64,000 nucleotides of DNA from an uncultured Acidobacteriota bacterium (GTDB lineage: Bacteria; Acidobacteriota; UBA6911; RPQK01; JAPXNP01). The notes below the pieces were generated by a model, which was given only the letters and a program-made list of their open reading frames with translations, had not been told where the DNA came from and made no database searches. The stretch spans positions 32,001-96,000 of the forward strand of contig CAVZRV010000010.1 of NCBI GenBank assembly GCA_963777605.1, in the 5' to 3' direction. The translations under genes and the position numbers were made by a program. Position 1 is the stretch's first letter, and each line of letters starts with the position of its first letter. Positions 20,052-29,770 of the stretch are shown in pieces.

Positions 20052-20080
20052 TTGACAAACTTACAAAAATGTCGAAAATA
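20052..20080 (+). promoter_or_regulatory. putative sigma70 promoter of glnA
   Basis: TTGACA 20052-20057 with a weak -10 (GAAAAT 20074-20079) in an AT-rich stretch. Confidence 0.5.
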
Positions 20081-20162
20081 GTGTTTCATCGCCAATGAGA
20101 GAAAAAGCACAGTCGTGCTCAATTACTAACGAGTTCGAAAATGGAGTTTTGAGAGAGGAGAA

Positions 20163-21581
20163 ATGATGGACGCAAAAGAAGTCGTGAAGTTAATTAAGGA
20201 TCGCGAGATCGAGGCAGTCGATTTTCGCTTCTGTGATCTGCCCGGGCTCTGGCAGCATTTCACCGCCAACCCGAAACACGTGGACGAAGCCAGCTTCGAA
20301 GAAGGCTGGGGGTTCGACGGCTCGAGCATTCGGGGATTCCAGCAGATCCAGGAAAGCGACATGCTGCTCTTCCCCGATCCGAACACGGCATTCGAAGATC
20401 CCTTTTCCGAGCACCGAACGCTCGTCCTGGTCTGCAATGTAGGTGATCCGGTAACCGGTGAACCCTACTCGCGGGATCCGCGTTACATCACCAAGAAAGC
20501 GGAGCAGTACCTGCTCTCGACCGGGATTGCAGATACCGCCTATTTTGGCCCGGAACCTGAGTTCTTCGTCTTCGATGACGTACGGTTCGAACAGACCTAC
20601 AACCGGGCCTCCTACTTTGTCGACTCGGTGGAAGGCTTCTGGAACAGCGCCCGGCAGGAAGATCCCAACCTGGGCTACAAGCCGCGCTACAAGGAAGGCT
20701 ACTTCCCGGTTCCGCCCATGGACACGCTCCAGAACATGAGAACCGAGATGATGCAGGTCCTGGAACAGATCGGGATCGAAGTCGAAATCCACCACCACGA
20801 GGTGGCGACCGCCGGTCAGTGCGAGATCGACATGCGCTTCGATTCCATGCTGTCGATGGCGGATAAGCTGCTGAAGTTCAAGTATGTCATTAAGAACGTT
20901 GCCCGGCGCCATAACAAGACGGCTACCCTGATGCCGAAGCCTATCTTTCAGGACAACGGCTCCGGCATGCACTGCCACCAGAGCCTCTGGAAGGGGGGCA
21001 AGAATCTTTTCTACCAGGCCGGCACCTATGCCGATCTGAGCCAGGAAGCCGTTTATTACATCGGCGGCCTGCTCAAGCACGCCGGTTCCCTGCTGGCGTT
21101 CTGCGCCCCGACCACCAACTCCTACCGCCGCCTGGTCCCGGGTTACGAGGCACCGATCAACCTGATCTACTCGATGAGAAATCGGAGCGCCTGCGTACGC
21201 ATCCCGGCCTACAGCCGTAGCGAAAAGGCCAAGCGTGTCGAGTTCCGCTGCCCCGACCCTTCGGCTAATGGATACCTGGCCTTTGCGGCCATGTTGATGG
21301 CCGGTCTCGATGGGATCCAGAACAAGATCATGCCTCCCGATCCCATGGACAAGGACCTCTATGATCTGGAAGCGGAAGATTTTGCCAAGGTGAAATCGAC
21401 ACCGGGTTCCCTGGCCGAGTCTCTGGACATGCTGGAACAAGATCATGACTATCTCCTCAAGGGAGACGTTTTCACGCCTGATGTGATCGAGAACTGGATC
21501 AACTACAAGCGCAAGCACGAAGTCGATGCGATTCGGCTCCGCCCGCATCCGCATGAATTCGCTCTCTACTACGACATCTAG
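20163..21581 (+). CDS. glnA: glutamine synthetase type I (GSI-beta, adenylylatable)
   Basis: [54 protein letters not shown] adenylylation Tyr. Confidence 0.98.
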   Translation: MMDAKEVVKLIKDREIEAVDFRFCDLPGLWQHFTANPKHVDEASFEEGWGFDGSSIRGFQQIQESDMLLFPDPNTAFEDPFSEHRTLVLVCNVGDPVTGEPYSRDPRYITKKAEQYLLSTGIADTAYFGPEPEFFVFDDVRFEQTYNRASYFVDSVEGFWNSARQEDPNLGYKPRYKEGYFPVPPMDTLQNMRTEMMQVLEQIGIEVEIHHHEVATAGQCEIDMRFDSMLSMADKLLKFKYVIKNVARRHNKTATLMPKPIFQDNGSGMHCHQSLWKGGKNLFYQAGTYADLSQEAVYYIGGLLKHAGSLLAFCAPTTNSYRRLVPGYEAPINLIYSMRNRSACVRIPAYSRSEKAKRVEFRCPDPSANGYLAFAAMLMAGLDGIQNKIMPPDPMDKDLYDLEAEDFAKVKSTPGSLAESLDMLEQDHDYLLKGDVFTPDVIENWINYKRKHEVDAIRLRPHPHEFALYYDI

Positions 21582-21599
21582 GCTGTATACCTGGTCATT

Positions 21600-21633
21600 G
21601 GGAGGGGCGGGACTATTGGATTCCGCCCCTCCC
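21600..21633. terminator. GC-rich hairpin after glnA (terminator or mRNA stabiliser)
   Basis: GGGAGGGGCGGGA-CTATTGGA-TTCCGCCCCTCCC; no clear U tract. Confidence 0.5.
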
Positions 21634-21745
21634 GAAGCGATCCCCCAACAACTATTCCCCCTCTCCCGCCAAAATTGGGATCGGGAATCCCTCCCTGATC
21701 CCCCTCTGACGAGAGATCCGTCAATTCAGTACAATCTCGAGTGCC

Positions 21746-24718
21746 ATGAAGGCTCGCGATCTATTTTTGGCCCCGGAACTCCAGCCTCAGGAAATCAGCG
21801 ATTTCCTGGCCGCTCACGGATTTGCCAACCCGGCGCGAGCCGATGAACACCTGCAGCAGATTGTCCGGTTGATCGAAGATCCCGAACGGCTGGCACGGAT
21901 GGCCGACAACCTCTTGGGAGAACTCTCGAGTTCGGTCGATCCCGACGCCGGCGTGCGACACCTCGAGGCCTTCCTTGAATCGGTTCCGAGCCCGGTCAAT
22001 CTCCTTGCGCTACTGGAAGACAGTCCCCGGGCACTCGAGATTCTGGCGGGGATCCTGGGAGCTTCTCCATATCTCACCCAATCGCTGATCCGCAACCCGG
22101 AGTACTTCTACTGGCTGATCGAGAGAAGCCGCCTTCAGCAGATAGTCGACTTTGACTACTTTCGGAGCGAAGCCGAAGCGGCAACCCGGCCTTTCCCGAC
22201 CGACTCATCCGCTGCACTGGAGGCGCTGCGACGCCTGCGACGGCGGGAGTCATTGCGGATCGGGGCGCAGGACATGCTCGGCCTTGCCACGATGCAGGAC
22301 ACCGTCGCCCAGATTTCGGACCTGGCCGGAGCCCTGCTCGACGAGACTCTGCGCGTGGTCGCGGGAAACCGAAGTGAACCGGTCAAGGGATTTACTGTTA
22401 TCGGGCTTGGGAAACTGGGTGGAAGGGAACTCAATTTCAGTTCGGACGTTGACCTGATTTTCGTTTTCGAGGATTCCTCCGAGCGCGACCGCATGACCCG
22501 TCTCGCCAAAGACTATACCCGCACGCTGGGTGAGTTCACCGGTGAAGGTCACTTGTTCAGAGTCGATCTCAGGTTGCGGCCCATGGGCAAGGCGGGAGAG
22601 ATCGCCTATTCACTCGACGCCTGCACGCAGTACTACCAGACGTGGGCCGACACGACCGATCGGCTTGCATTGCTCAAGTCCCGCCCGGTCGCCGGCGACA
22701 TTGATCTCGGAGAACGGTTCCAGGCCATGGCCCAGGAGGTCGTCTACAAGAAATACCTGGACCATGCCGCTGTAGAAGAGATCCGGTGGATCAAGAAGCG
22801 CACCGATGACGCTCTCCGGAAGAAGCGACAAAGCCGGACCCACGTCAAGCTGGGCTTGGGCGGAATTCGGGAGATCGAGTTCTTTGCCCAGTCCTTCCAG
22901 CTCCTGTACGGGGGGGTGCAGGAAGAACTGCGCACTCCCTCGACTCTTCCAGCTCTGAACCGGCTCCTCGACCTGGGGTTCATCGGCCAGGGAGAATTTC
23001 AGGCCCTCCGTTCAGCCTACCTCTTTCTGAGGGATCTCGAGCACAAGCTTCAGCTCGTCAATGATCTGCAGACTCATTCCCTGCCCGAAGAGGAGTCTGA
23101 ACTGGTCCGGTGTGCCCGCCGGATGGGATATCGCCCCCGCCCGGGAGAGCCTTGGAATTCTGTCGTCGAAGACTTCAAGAACGACCTCAATTCTTTCAAT
23201 CTAAAGGTTCGCCAGATATTCGATTCTCTCTTCGAGGATTCGCACGAAGAGCGAGATCTGGGTGAGGTCGTGCTGAACAGTTCGCTCGACCCTCAAGTGG
23301 CCCTGGAGCGGCTTCGCCAGAGAGGTGTTGATGACCCGGAACCGGTCCTGGAAGGAATTCAACTCCTATCGCAGGCCCCTTCGTTCCCGTACTCTCCCAC
23401 CCGGGTGCGAAATTTGCTCGCAAACCTGGTTCCCGTGCTCGTAGAAGAGGTCCGCTTTGCACCCCACCCCCGGGAAATCTTCAGCCGACTGGATCGCTTT
23501 TGCGAGTCTCTCAATGCCCGGGTGCCGCTCTACACCGAACTGATCGAGAATCCTGCCTTCGCCACCCGGTTCGTGACCCTCCTTTCACTTGGCGAGGACC
23601 TGGCTGAAACGCTGATCCGCTTTCCCGAACTGCTTGATAGCGTCGTGCGCCCTGCTGATCCTGCGGATCCAGCAACGGTGATCGAAGCGTTCCTCTCAGA
23701 CCAGGCCAAGGCCGGAACTCCCCGGCGCGAAGCCCTTCGAATATTCAAGCAGCGGAAGGAAGTCAAGGTCGCCATCGGCGAACTCGACCGCCCTGGCGGA
23801 ACTCAGGGGCGACTGACTCTCTCTCGACTCGCGGAGGCCTGCCTGGGCGTCGCCTGGAATGAGGCGATGGACCGCTTCCCGGCCCTGCTCGATGCCCCAT
23901 GCGCCCTGATTGCGCTGGGAAAACTCGGGGGACGGGAGTTGGCCTTCCACTCCGACCTGGACCTTGTATTCCTGCTCGACGACAGTCGCTGGGATCGATC
24001 ACTGGATCCGCTTTTCGAAGCTTTGAAATTCCTTCGGGATGATCTGCACGAATACACGCCGGCCGGTCGGGCCTACGAGATCGATTTCAGACTGCGTCCC
24101 GAGGGACGTCACGCAGGTGAAGTTGTTCCCCTCTCCCGCTTTCTGGAGTACTTCACGGACCGGCTCGAGCCTTGGGAGCGCCTGGCCTGGGTGAAGGCCC
24201 GGCAGGTCCTCGGAAACGCATTCGAACTGGATCTCGAAACACTCGTCTTTCGTTCCGTCCCCTTCACCGAAGAGGAAACAGCGTCTCTGAGGCATGTCCG
24301 AAAACGGAAAGAACTGGAAATCGGGAAAGAAGGTGGTCAGGACTGGTACGATTTTAAAGTCGGCCGGGGAGCCCTTCTCGACCTCCAGTTCCTGGTTCAA
24401 TATCTTCAAGTTCAGAGTAATATTCCTTCAACTAACCTACTGTCAGCTATTGATAAATTGAACACATCGGTTATCCTTTCCGATTCCCATTGCTCCCGGA
24501 TCCGGGAAGCAGTGCATTTCTACTATTCCCTCGAGATGCTGAAAGACCTTGAGGGAGAACGTTTCCCGGGACGACTGCGCCGGAGTCCGGATGAAAACCG
24601 AATGACAGCCCACCTGCTGGGATACGAGCAGCCGGCTCAGTTGGTCTCCCGGTACGAGGAGATCAGCCAATCGGTCCGCGCCCTTTACCATGAAGTTCTG
24701 GGTGCCGAAAAATCGTAA
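21746..24718 (+). CDS. glnE: glutamine synthetase adenylyltransferase/adenylyl-removing enzyme
   Basis: Two nucleotidyltransferase domains: GKLGGRELNFSSDVDL..RVDLRLRP..KLGLGGIREIEF and GKLGGRELAFHSDLDL..IDFRLRPEG. Confidence 0.95.
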   Translation: MKARDLFLAPELQPQEISDFLAAHGFANPARADEHLQQIVRLIEDPERLARMADNLLGELSSSVDPDAGVRHLEAFLESVPSPVNLLALLEDSPRALEILAGILGASPYLTQSLIRNPEYFYWLIERSRLQQIVDFDYFRSEAEAATRPFPTDSSAALEALRRLRRRESLRIGAQDMLGLATMQDTVAQISDLAGALLDETLRVVAGNRSEPVKGFTVIGLGKLGGRELNFSSDVDLIFVFEDSSERDRMTRLAKDYTRTLGEFTGEGHLFRVDLRLRPMGKAGEIAYSLDACTQYYQTWADTTDRLALLKSRPVAGDIDLGERFQAMAQEVVYKKYLDHAAVEEIRWIKKRTDDALRKKRQSRTHVKLGLGGIREIEFFAQSFQLLYGGVQEELRTPSTLPALNRLLDLGFIGQGEFQALRSAYLFLRDLEHKLQLVNDLQTHSLPEEESELVRCARRMGYRPRPGEPWNSVVEDFKNDLNSFNLKVRQIFDSLFEDSHEERDLGEVVLNSSLDPQVALERLRQRGVDDPEPVLEGIQLLSQAPSFPYSPTRVRNLLANLVPVLVEEVRFAPHPREIFSRLDRFCESLNARVPLYTELIENPAFATRFVTLLSLGEDLAETLIRFPELLDSVVRPADPADPATVIEAFLSDQAKAGTPRREALRIFKQRKEVKVAIGELDRPGGTQGRLTLSRLAEACLGVAWNEAMDRFPALLDAPCALIALGKLGGRELAFHSDLDLVFLLDDSRWDRSLDPLFEALKFLRDDLHEYTPAGRAYEIDFRLRPEGRHAGEVVPLSRFLEYFTDRLEPWERLAWVKARQVLGNAFELDLETLVFRSVPFTEEETASLRHVRKRKELEIGKEGGQDWYDFKVGRGALLDLQFLVQYLQVQSNIPSTNLLSAIDKLNTSVILSDSHCSRIREAVHFYYSLEMLKDLEGERFPGRLRRSPDENRMTAHLLGYEQPAQLVSRYEEISQSVRALYHEVLGAEKS

Positions 24719-24875
24719 CCGGGCCCCCGCGGATGGACGCTGTGTAGGCAATTCCACCCAGAAGACTGGAGACTGGAGTCAAAGAAAAATCGCGCGCGTC
24801 GCGTTCGATCGCGGGCAACCGCCAGGACCAGTCCCGCCTGGGGGGGCGGAATCCTGGCTCCCCTGACTCGGCACA

Positions 24876-25208
24876 CTAGAGAACGTCGCGCTCTCCGGTT
24901 CGGATGTTGTAGCCCTCTTCGACCGGCAGGATAAACACCCGGCCATCGCCGATTTCGCCGGTGCGGCAGGTTACCATGACGGTGCGAATCACTTCGTCCA
25001 CCATGTCGTCCGGAAGAACCAGTTCCACCTTGATTTTCGGGAGCAGGCTGACGCTGTACTCCTTTCCACGATAGATCGCGGTGTGACCTTTCTGGCGCCC
25101 ATGACCTCGGACCTCGGTCACGGTCATCCCGGTAATGTGCATTTTCGCCAGTGCGTCCTTGATTTCTTCAACCTTGCTTGGCCGAACTATTGCCATGACC
25201 AATTTCAT
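24876..25208 (-). CDS. glnB: P-II nitrogen regulatory protein
   Basis: GMTVTEVRGHGRQKGH, YRGKEY T-loop (Tyr51), TGEIGDGRVF; GlnB versus GlnK cannot be resolved from sequence. Confidence 0.93.
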   Translation of the reverse strand: MKLVMAIVRPSKVEEIKDALAKMHITGMTVTEVRGHGRQKGHTAIYRGKEYSVSLLPKIKVELVLPDDMVDEVIRTVMVTCRTGEIGDGRVFILPVEEGYNIRTGERDVL

Positions 25209-25273
25209 GTTCAGATTCCATCCTGGAGCGGGTAGAGTGAAAGATTGTCTCGCGTTGCCGCGTTTCTGTCGGG

Positions 25274-27748
25274 CTAGCTCTGCTCGATCTCTTTCTTGAT
25301 CCTTTCAGTCAGGTTTGACTTGGACTCTGGAGAAAGTTTACCTCCCTGGTGACTCAAATAAAAGACATCGACGGCCTTGTCCCCTTCGGTCGAGATGATG
25401 GCAAAGTCAATATCGCATGCCAGCGCCGCGATTTCGGTGCTGATTCGATGGAGGAGACCGATCGCGTCCGGCGCAATGATCTCCATGATCGTGTAGCGAT
25501 CCGAGTGCTCGTCCTCGAAATAGAGGCTTGGAGCGAACCGGGGTGTCGTGCGACGAAATAGAGGACTCTCCTCTTTTCCCCGAATCAACTTCTGGACCGA
25601 GACCTGGTCGGCAACGGTCTTGCGCAGGAGTTCCAGAAAACGATCCCGTTCCTCAGTGTGCCGGAACGCCCGTCGCTCGTCAGAGAAATGGAAGATGTCG
25701 AGGATGGTCTGGCGCCGGTTGGCAAAGGCAAAGCCGCGCAGGATGTTCATCTCGAAGTAGGAGAGCAGGCCGACAATCTTGGCGAATAGGCGCTTCCGAT
25801 CCGGGGTGATTACACAGAGCTCATAGAAAGTCTTGCGCTTCTTGAGCAGGGTTTCGACCGGATTTTCAGGGCTGATCCGGCTGGACATTCGGCAGTGTTC
25901 GTAGATCACGTCCGGAGGAGTAGTGCGGAGGTAGCGAATCGGAAACCCTTCCAGAAAACGCTCAAAATCCTCCGGGTCCAAGTCGGGTTCAAGCTTTCTG
26001 ATCAGCTTGTCTCCGATGTCCTCCTCCTCGATCTTCTCTTCCCCGTACTCCAAGGTCAGCTTCCGGTAGGTCTCCAGATATAGCTGCCAGAGGAGGTCCT
26101 TTTTCCAGTCATTGAGGGTCCCGGGAGCAACCGCCTTGATGTCGGCATAGGTGAGCAAAGTCAGGAGACGGAGCTTCTCCGGGTCCTGAACGAGGTCGGC
26201 AAACCGGTTGATGATCTGGTCATCTTCGAGGTCCCGCCGAAAGATCACCGCAGACATTGAAAGATGCTCGCGGATCAGGAAGTTGACCTGCTCAATCGCC
26301 TGCCGGTCAAAACGAAAGCGCCGCAACGCCCGGGAAGCCATCCGAGCGCTCTCCTTGGCGTGCATTCCTTCCCGGCTCTTGCCGACGTCGTGAAGAAGCA
26401 ACGCCAGGATCAGCAGTTCCGGGCCGACCGAATCGCTGAGTACAGCTGCAAACCGTTGATCCGCCGAAGCCTCTCCGGTTGCAAGATCCTCTATCGCCTT
26501 GATTGCGATAAGAGTGTGCTCGTCAACCGTGTACTTGTGGTAGAAGTCCCGGATCATCCGCGCCTTGATGGTGCTGAATTCAGGAAAGAGGAGTTCGAGA
26601 ACTCCCAGTTGATACATCTCCGAAAGGAGACGATAGAGCCCACTTCTGGGGCACATCAGATCGGAGACCTGTTCACATAGCTCGGGGTGATGGATTCGAG
26701 TCTCGAGTTCTGGAACCGTCTTCAGGATAGTGGCGCGGGCCTTGGCTCCCAGGGGACGCCCTTCGTTCTCCGAATGAGCAAAGGCTTCTAGAATTCCGGA
26801 AGCGGTTCCCAGGCTGGGAAGCTCTTCCAGGTCGAGCGGTCGAGCCGAGTCACGCGGATGGGACGCGTGTAAAAGCGATGCACAGAAACCCGATACTACG
26901 CGCGCATTTAGAAAGTATTTCTTCATCAATGACTCGACCTCGGTCCGGGTATTCTGGCCGTGATAACCGAAGTGCGGAGCCAGTTGCTCCTGGAGTTCGT
27001 GGGTAAGCCGGTTGTCGGTTTTGCCGTGTTTCAGGTGGATGAGGATGCGCAGTTTCTTGATCATCCGGTGCGCAGCCTGGATTTCGTTGGCACTGTGCGG
27101 AAGAAAGGGGGGATCACCCGCGAGCCTCTTCAACCAGGTGGCCGCCAGATAGTCCCGGAGCCCTCCAGGAGCTTCTTTGACGTCCGGCTCGAGCTGGAAG
27201 ATTGTGTTGTTGAATTTCTCGTGCCGTTGCCGGACGAGGCGGACGATTTCGTCAATTAACTGCTGTCGATGACTTTCGATGAAGTCAGGGAGGATCCTCT
27301 CCATGATCGCCTCGGCGATGGCGGTGTCTCCCGCAATGTAACGAGCATTGAAGAGGGCCAGGACGAACTCGAGATCACTCATCTTAAGGGTCTTGAAATC
27401 CGCCATACTCCAGACCTGATGGCCCAGGACCAGCCGGCAATCCCAAAGCAGGTTGAGAAACGGCCCGATGATTCCTTCCGCCTGGCTCTTCCGGGGAAAA
27501 TCGTGAACGATAAGCAGATCGACATCCGACTGGGGAAACTGCTCGCGCCTCCCATAGCCCGCTGTCGCCAGCACCGCGAATTTGCCGATCTCCAGGAAGG
27601 GCTGGGAGAGTTGGCAAACAAGCTGATCCACGAGTTCGGTGTGATCCGCGAGGAAGCGTTCCGCATCACCCTCTTCGAGGAAACTATTCTCGATTGCTTT
27701 CTGTTTCGAGGCGAATTCCTGGCGAACTTCGGAGGTCCCTTGGAGCAT
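25274..27748 (-). CDS. glnD: P-II uridylyltransferase/uridylyl-removing enzyme
   Basis: GYGRR..P.SDVDL, EPDVKEAPGGLRD, HKYTVDEH...LLHDVGK HD domain, two ACT domains. Confidence 0.95.
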   Translation of the reverse strand: MLQGTSEVRQEFASKQKAIENSFLEEGDAERFLADHTELVDQLVCQLSQPFLEIGKFAVLATAGYGRREQFPQSDVDLLIVHDFPRKSQAEGIIGPFLNLLWDCRLVLGHQVWSMADFKTLKMSDLEFVLALFNARYIAGDTAIAEAIMERILPDFIESHRQQLIDEIVRLVRQRHEKFNNTIFQLEPDVKEAPGGLRDYLAATWLKRLAGDPPFLPHSANEIQAAHRMIKKLRILIHLKHGKTDNRLTHELQEQLAPHFGYHGQNTRTEVESLMKKYFLNARVVSGFCASLLHASHPRDSARPLDLEELPSLGTASGILEAFAHSENEGRPLGAKARATILKTVPELETRIHHPELCEQVSDLMCPRSGLYRLLSEMYQLGVLELLFPEFSTIKARMIRDFYHKYTVDEHTLIAIKAIEDLATGEASADQRFAAVLSDSVGPELLILALLLHDVGKSREGMHAKESARMASRALRRFRFDRQAIEQVNFLIREHLSMSAVIFRRDLEDDQIINRFADLVQDPEKLRLLTLLTYADIKAVAPGTLNDWKKDLLWQLYLETYRKLTLEYGEEKIEEEDIGDKLIRKLEPDLDPEDFERFLEGFPIRYLRTTPPDVIYEHCRMSSRISPENPVETLLKKRKTFYELCVITPDRKRLFAKIVGLLSYFEMNILRGFAFANRRQTILDIFHFSDERRAFRHTEERDRFLELLRKTVADQVSVQKLIRGKEESPLFRRTTPRFAPSLYFEDEHSDRYTIMEIIAPDAIGLLHRISTEIAALACDIDFAIISTEGDKAVDVFYLSHQGGKLSPESKSNLTERIKKEIEQS

Positions 27749-27798
27749 TTAACACAGAATCTTAATTCAACGCCCCCTCGAGAACCAAACTCATCAAC

Positions 27799-27828
27799 TT
27801 GACTTCGAGACGCGCAAGCGCCTAGGCT
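27799..27828 (+). promoter_or_regulatory. putative sigma70 promoter for the leader peptide and cimA
   Basis: TTGACT 27799-27804, 18 nt, TAGGCT 27823-27828; alternative -10 TATGAT 27830-27835. Confidence 0.5.
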
Positions 27829-27839
27829 ATATGATCGAA

Positions 27840-27971
27840 ATGCGGGACGAGAGCAGAGTTCAGCAGTCTGGACAACCTTTCCGGCGAGACATTGAGTCGG
27901 CCGGTGGAGCCTCGTACGCTTTTGAGATTCAGATTATCGGCATTATTAGCATTCCTTCCGCCGGGTTCTAG
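27840..27971 (+). CDS. isoleucine-rich leader peptide of cimA
   Basis: MRDESRVQQSGQPFRRDIESAGGASYAFEIQIIGIISIPSAGF*; six Ile in nine codons at 27927-27953; alternative in-frame ATG 27831; too short for the ORF track. Confidence 0.78.
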   Translation: MRDESRVQQSGQPFRRDIESAGGASYAFEIQIIGIISIPSAGF

Positions 27972-28115
27972 CGGAAGGGTGGCGCACTCGAGCCTCCCCG
28001 CTTCCGCCCATCGAACCCGGAATCCCCAGCATTCCGATCCGGTTCCTTGCGTGGAGACAGGGCGCTTTCAGTCGCGCTGACGATTTAACGGATTCAGCAC
28101 CTGACGGGTAAGGAG
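27954..28115 (+). promoter_or_regulatory. attenuator-type alternative RNA helices with anti-SD
   Basis: CCTTCCGC/GCGGAAGG, GCGGAAG/CTTCCGC, CCGGGTTC/GAACCCGG and GAACCCGGA/TCCGGTTC pairings; TTCCTTGC 28043-28050 can pair with the SD GTAAGGAG 28108-28115. Confidence 0.62.
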
Positions 28116-28125
28116 TAGTGGGCTG

Positions 28126-29736
28126 ATGAGTGATGACAAAGTACTGATTTATGACTGTACCCTTCGAGATGGCACCCAGGGTGAGAATGTCTCCCTGAGC
28201 GTTCCCGACAAACTGAGGATCGCTGAGAAGCTGGACGAGTTTGGGATTCATTACATTGAGGGCGGCTGGCCGGGTTCGAACCCGAAAGATGCCGAGTTTT
28301 TCGACCGGGCGGCCAAGTCTACGTGGATCAACAGTCGGATCGCGGCCTTTGGCAGCACGAGGCACTGGAAATACCCGGCCGACCAGGATCCCAACCTGAA
28401 GGCCCTCCTCGACGCCCAGACCCCGACCGTGACCCTGGTCGGCAAGAGCTGGGACTTTCACGTCCACGAGGCACTGGGCATTGAACTCGACCAGAACCTC
28501 CAGATCGTTCGGGAAAGCGTCGAGTACCTGAAAGGCTTCGGCAAAGAAATCGTTTTCGATGCCGAGCATTTCTTCGACGGCTACCGGGCGAACCCGGGTT
28601 TCGCGCAGAGTGTCCTCGAGGCGGCGGCGGACGCCGGGGCCGACTGGATCGTCCTGTGTGACACCAACGGGGGCAGCCTTCCCTCCTTCGTCGAGAAGGT
28701 AACGCGCGAGATGTGCGGGCAATTTCCCAGGATCGGAATCCACACTCACAACGACAGCGAACTGGCGGTGGCCAATTCCCTGGTCGCCGTGGAAGCGGGA
28801 GCCCGGATGGTCCAGGGGTGCATGAACGGTTACGGAGAACGCGTGGGGAATGCCAACCTCACTTCGATCATTCCCAACCTGGAACTCAAGCTTGGAATGG
28901 AGTGCGTGGGACGCGAGCGGGTTCGAGGCCTGACCTCCCTGGCCTTCTTCGTCAGCGAGACTGCCAACGTAGCCATCTCCAACAACAGCCCCTACGTCGG
29001 CAAGAGTGCCTTCGCACACAAGGGCGGAATCCACGTCAGTGCCATTCTTAAGGACTCCCGGACCTACGAACATGTAGAGCCTGAGGAAGTGGGCAACAGC
29101 CGGCGTGTGCTCGTCTCCGACCTCTCGGGCAAGAGCAACCTGCTCTACAAGATTCGCGAATTCGGGGACATCGACCTGCAACAGCTCGACCTCCAGGCCC
29201 TGGTGCGAAACATCAAGAACATGGAGTACGAGGGTTACCAGTTTGAAGGCGCTGAGGCGAGCTTGAAGCTCATGGTCAACCACCATGTCGGGGGTGCCCG
29301 CCAGCCGTTCGATGTCAAGGGTTTCCGGGTAATCGTCGATCAGGTTGTGGACGGCGAATTCCTCAGCGAGGCGACCGTCAAGGTTTCGGTGGGTGAACAA
29401 CAGGAGCACACCGCCTCGGAGGGCAACGGTCCGGTCCACGCCCTCGACCAGGCAACGAAGAAAGCCCTGGCCCGCTTCTTCCCCGAGATCAACGGGATTC
29501 ACCTGACGGACTACAAGGTTCGCGTGCTCGATGCCAAGGAGGGTACCGCCGCCAAGGTCCGCGTCCTCATCGAGTCGACCGACGGGCTAGAGTCCTGGAC
29601 TACTGTCGGTGTCTCTTCCAACGTAATCGAAGCCAGCTGGCGGGCAATTATCGACAGTCTCCTTTACAAGCTGGTATTCCGGAAATCCTCGAACGCGAAT
29701 CCGAACCAGGGTGCTGTACAGGCAGAACGGGAATAG
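28126..29736 (+). CDS. cimA: citramalate synthase
   Basis: YDCTLRDGTQGE, EGGWPGSNPKD, DAEHFFDG, HTHND, AFAHKGGIHVSA, YEH, GYQFEGAEAS, GNGPV: bacterial CimA-type DRE-TIM with regulatory domain. Confidence 0.92.
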   Translation: MSDDKVLIYDCTLRDGTQGENVSLSVPDKLRIAEKLDEFGIHYIEGGWPGSNPKDAEFFDRAAKSTWINSRIAAFGSTRHWKYPADQDPNLKALLDAQTPTVTLVGKSWDFHVHEALGIELDQNLQIVRESVEYLKGFGKEIVFDAEHFFDGYRANPGFAQSVLEAAADAGADWIVLCDTNGGSLPSFVEKVTREMCGQFPRIGIHTHNDSELAVANSLVAVEAGARMVQGCMNGYGERVGNANLTSIIPNLELKLGMECVGRERVRGLTSLAFFVSETANVAISNNSPYVGKSAFAHKGGIHVSAILKDSRTYEHVEPEEVGNSRRVLVSDLSGKSNLLYKIREFGDIDLQQLDLQALVRNIKNMEYEGYQFEGAEASLKLMVNHHVGGARQPFDVKGFRVIVDQVVDGEFLSEATVKVSVGEQQEHTASEGNGPVHALDQATKKALARFFPEINGIHLTDYKVRVLDAKEGTAAKVRVLIESTDGLESWTTVGVSSNVIEASWRAIIDSLLYKLVFRKSSNANPNQGAVQAERE

Positions 29737-29770
29737 CGAAGCATTCTGAACTGACGAGGAGAGCCCGCCC

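Noticed and set aside
20090-20162. glutamine (glnA) riboswitch in the glnA leader
   Set aside because: Only a small AGCAC-AGTC-GTGCT hairpin is visible; no three-stem junction or E-loop
27892-28080. 62-aa Leu/Ser-containing ORF in the cimA leader as the leader peptide
   Set aside because: TTG start without an SD; the other frame gives a much tighter Ile cluster whose stop lies within the first hairpin and matches the pathway product
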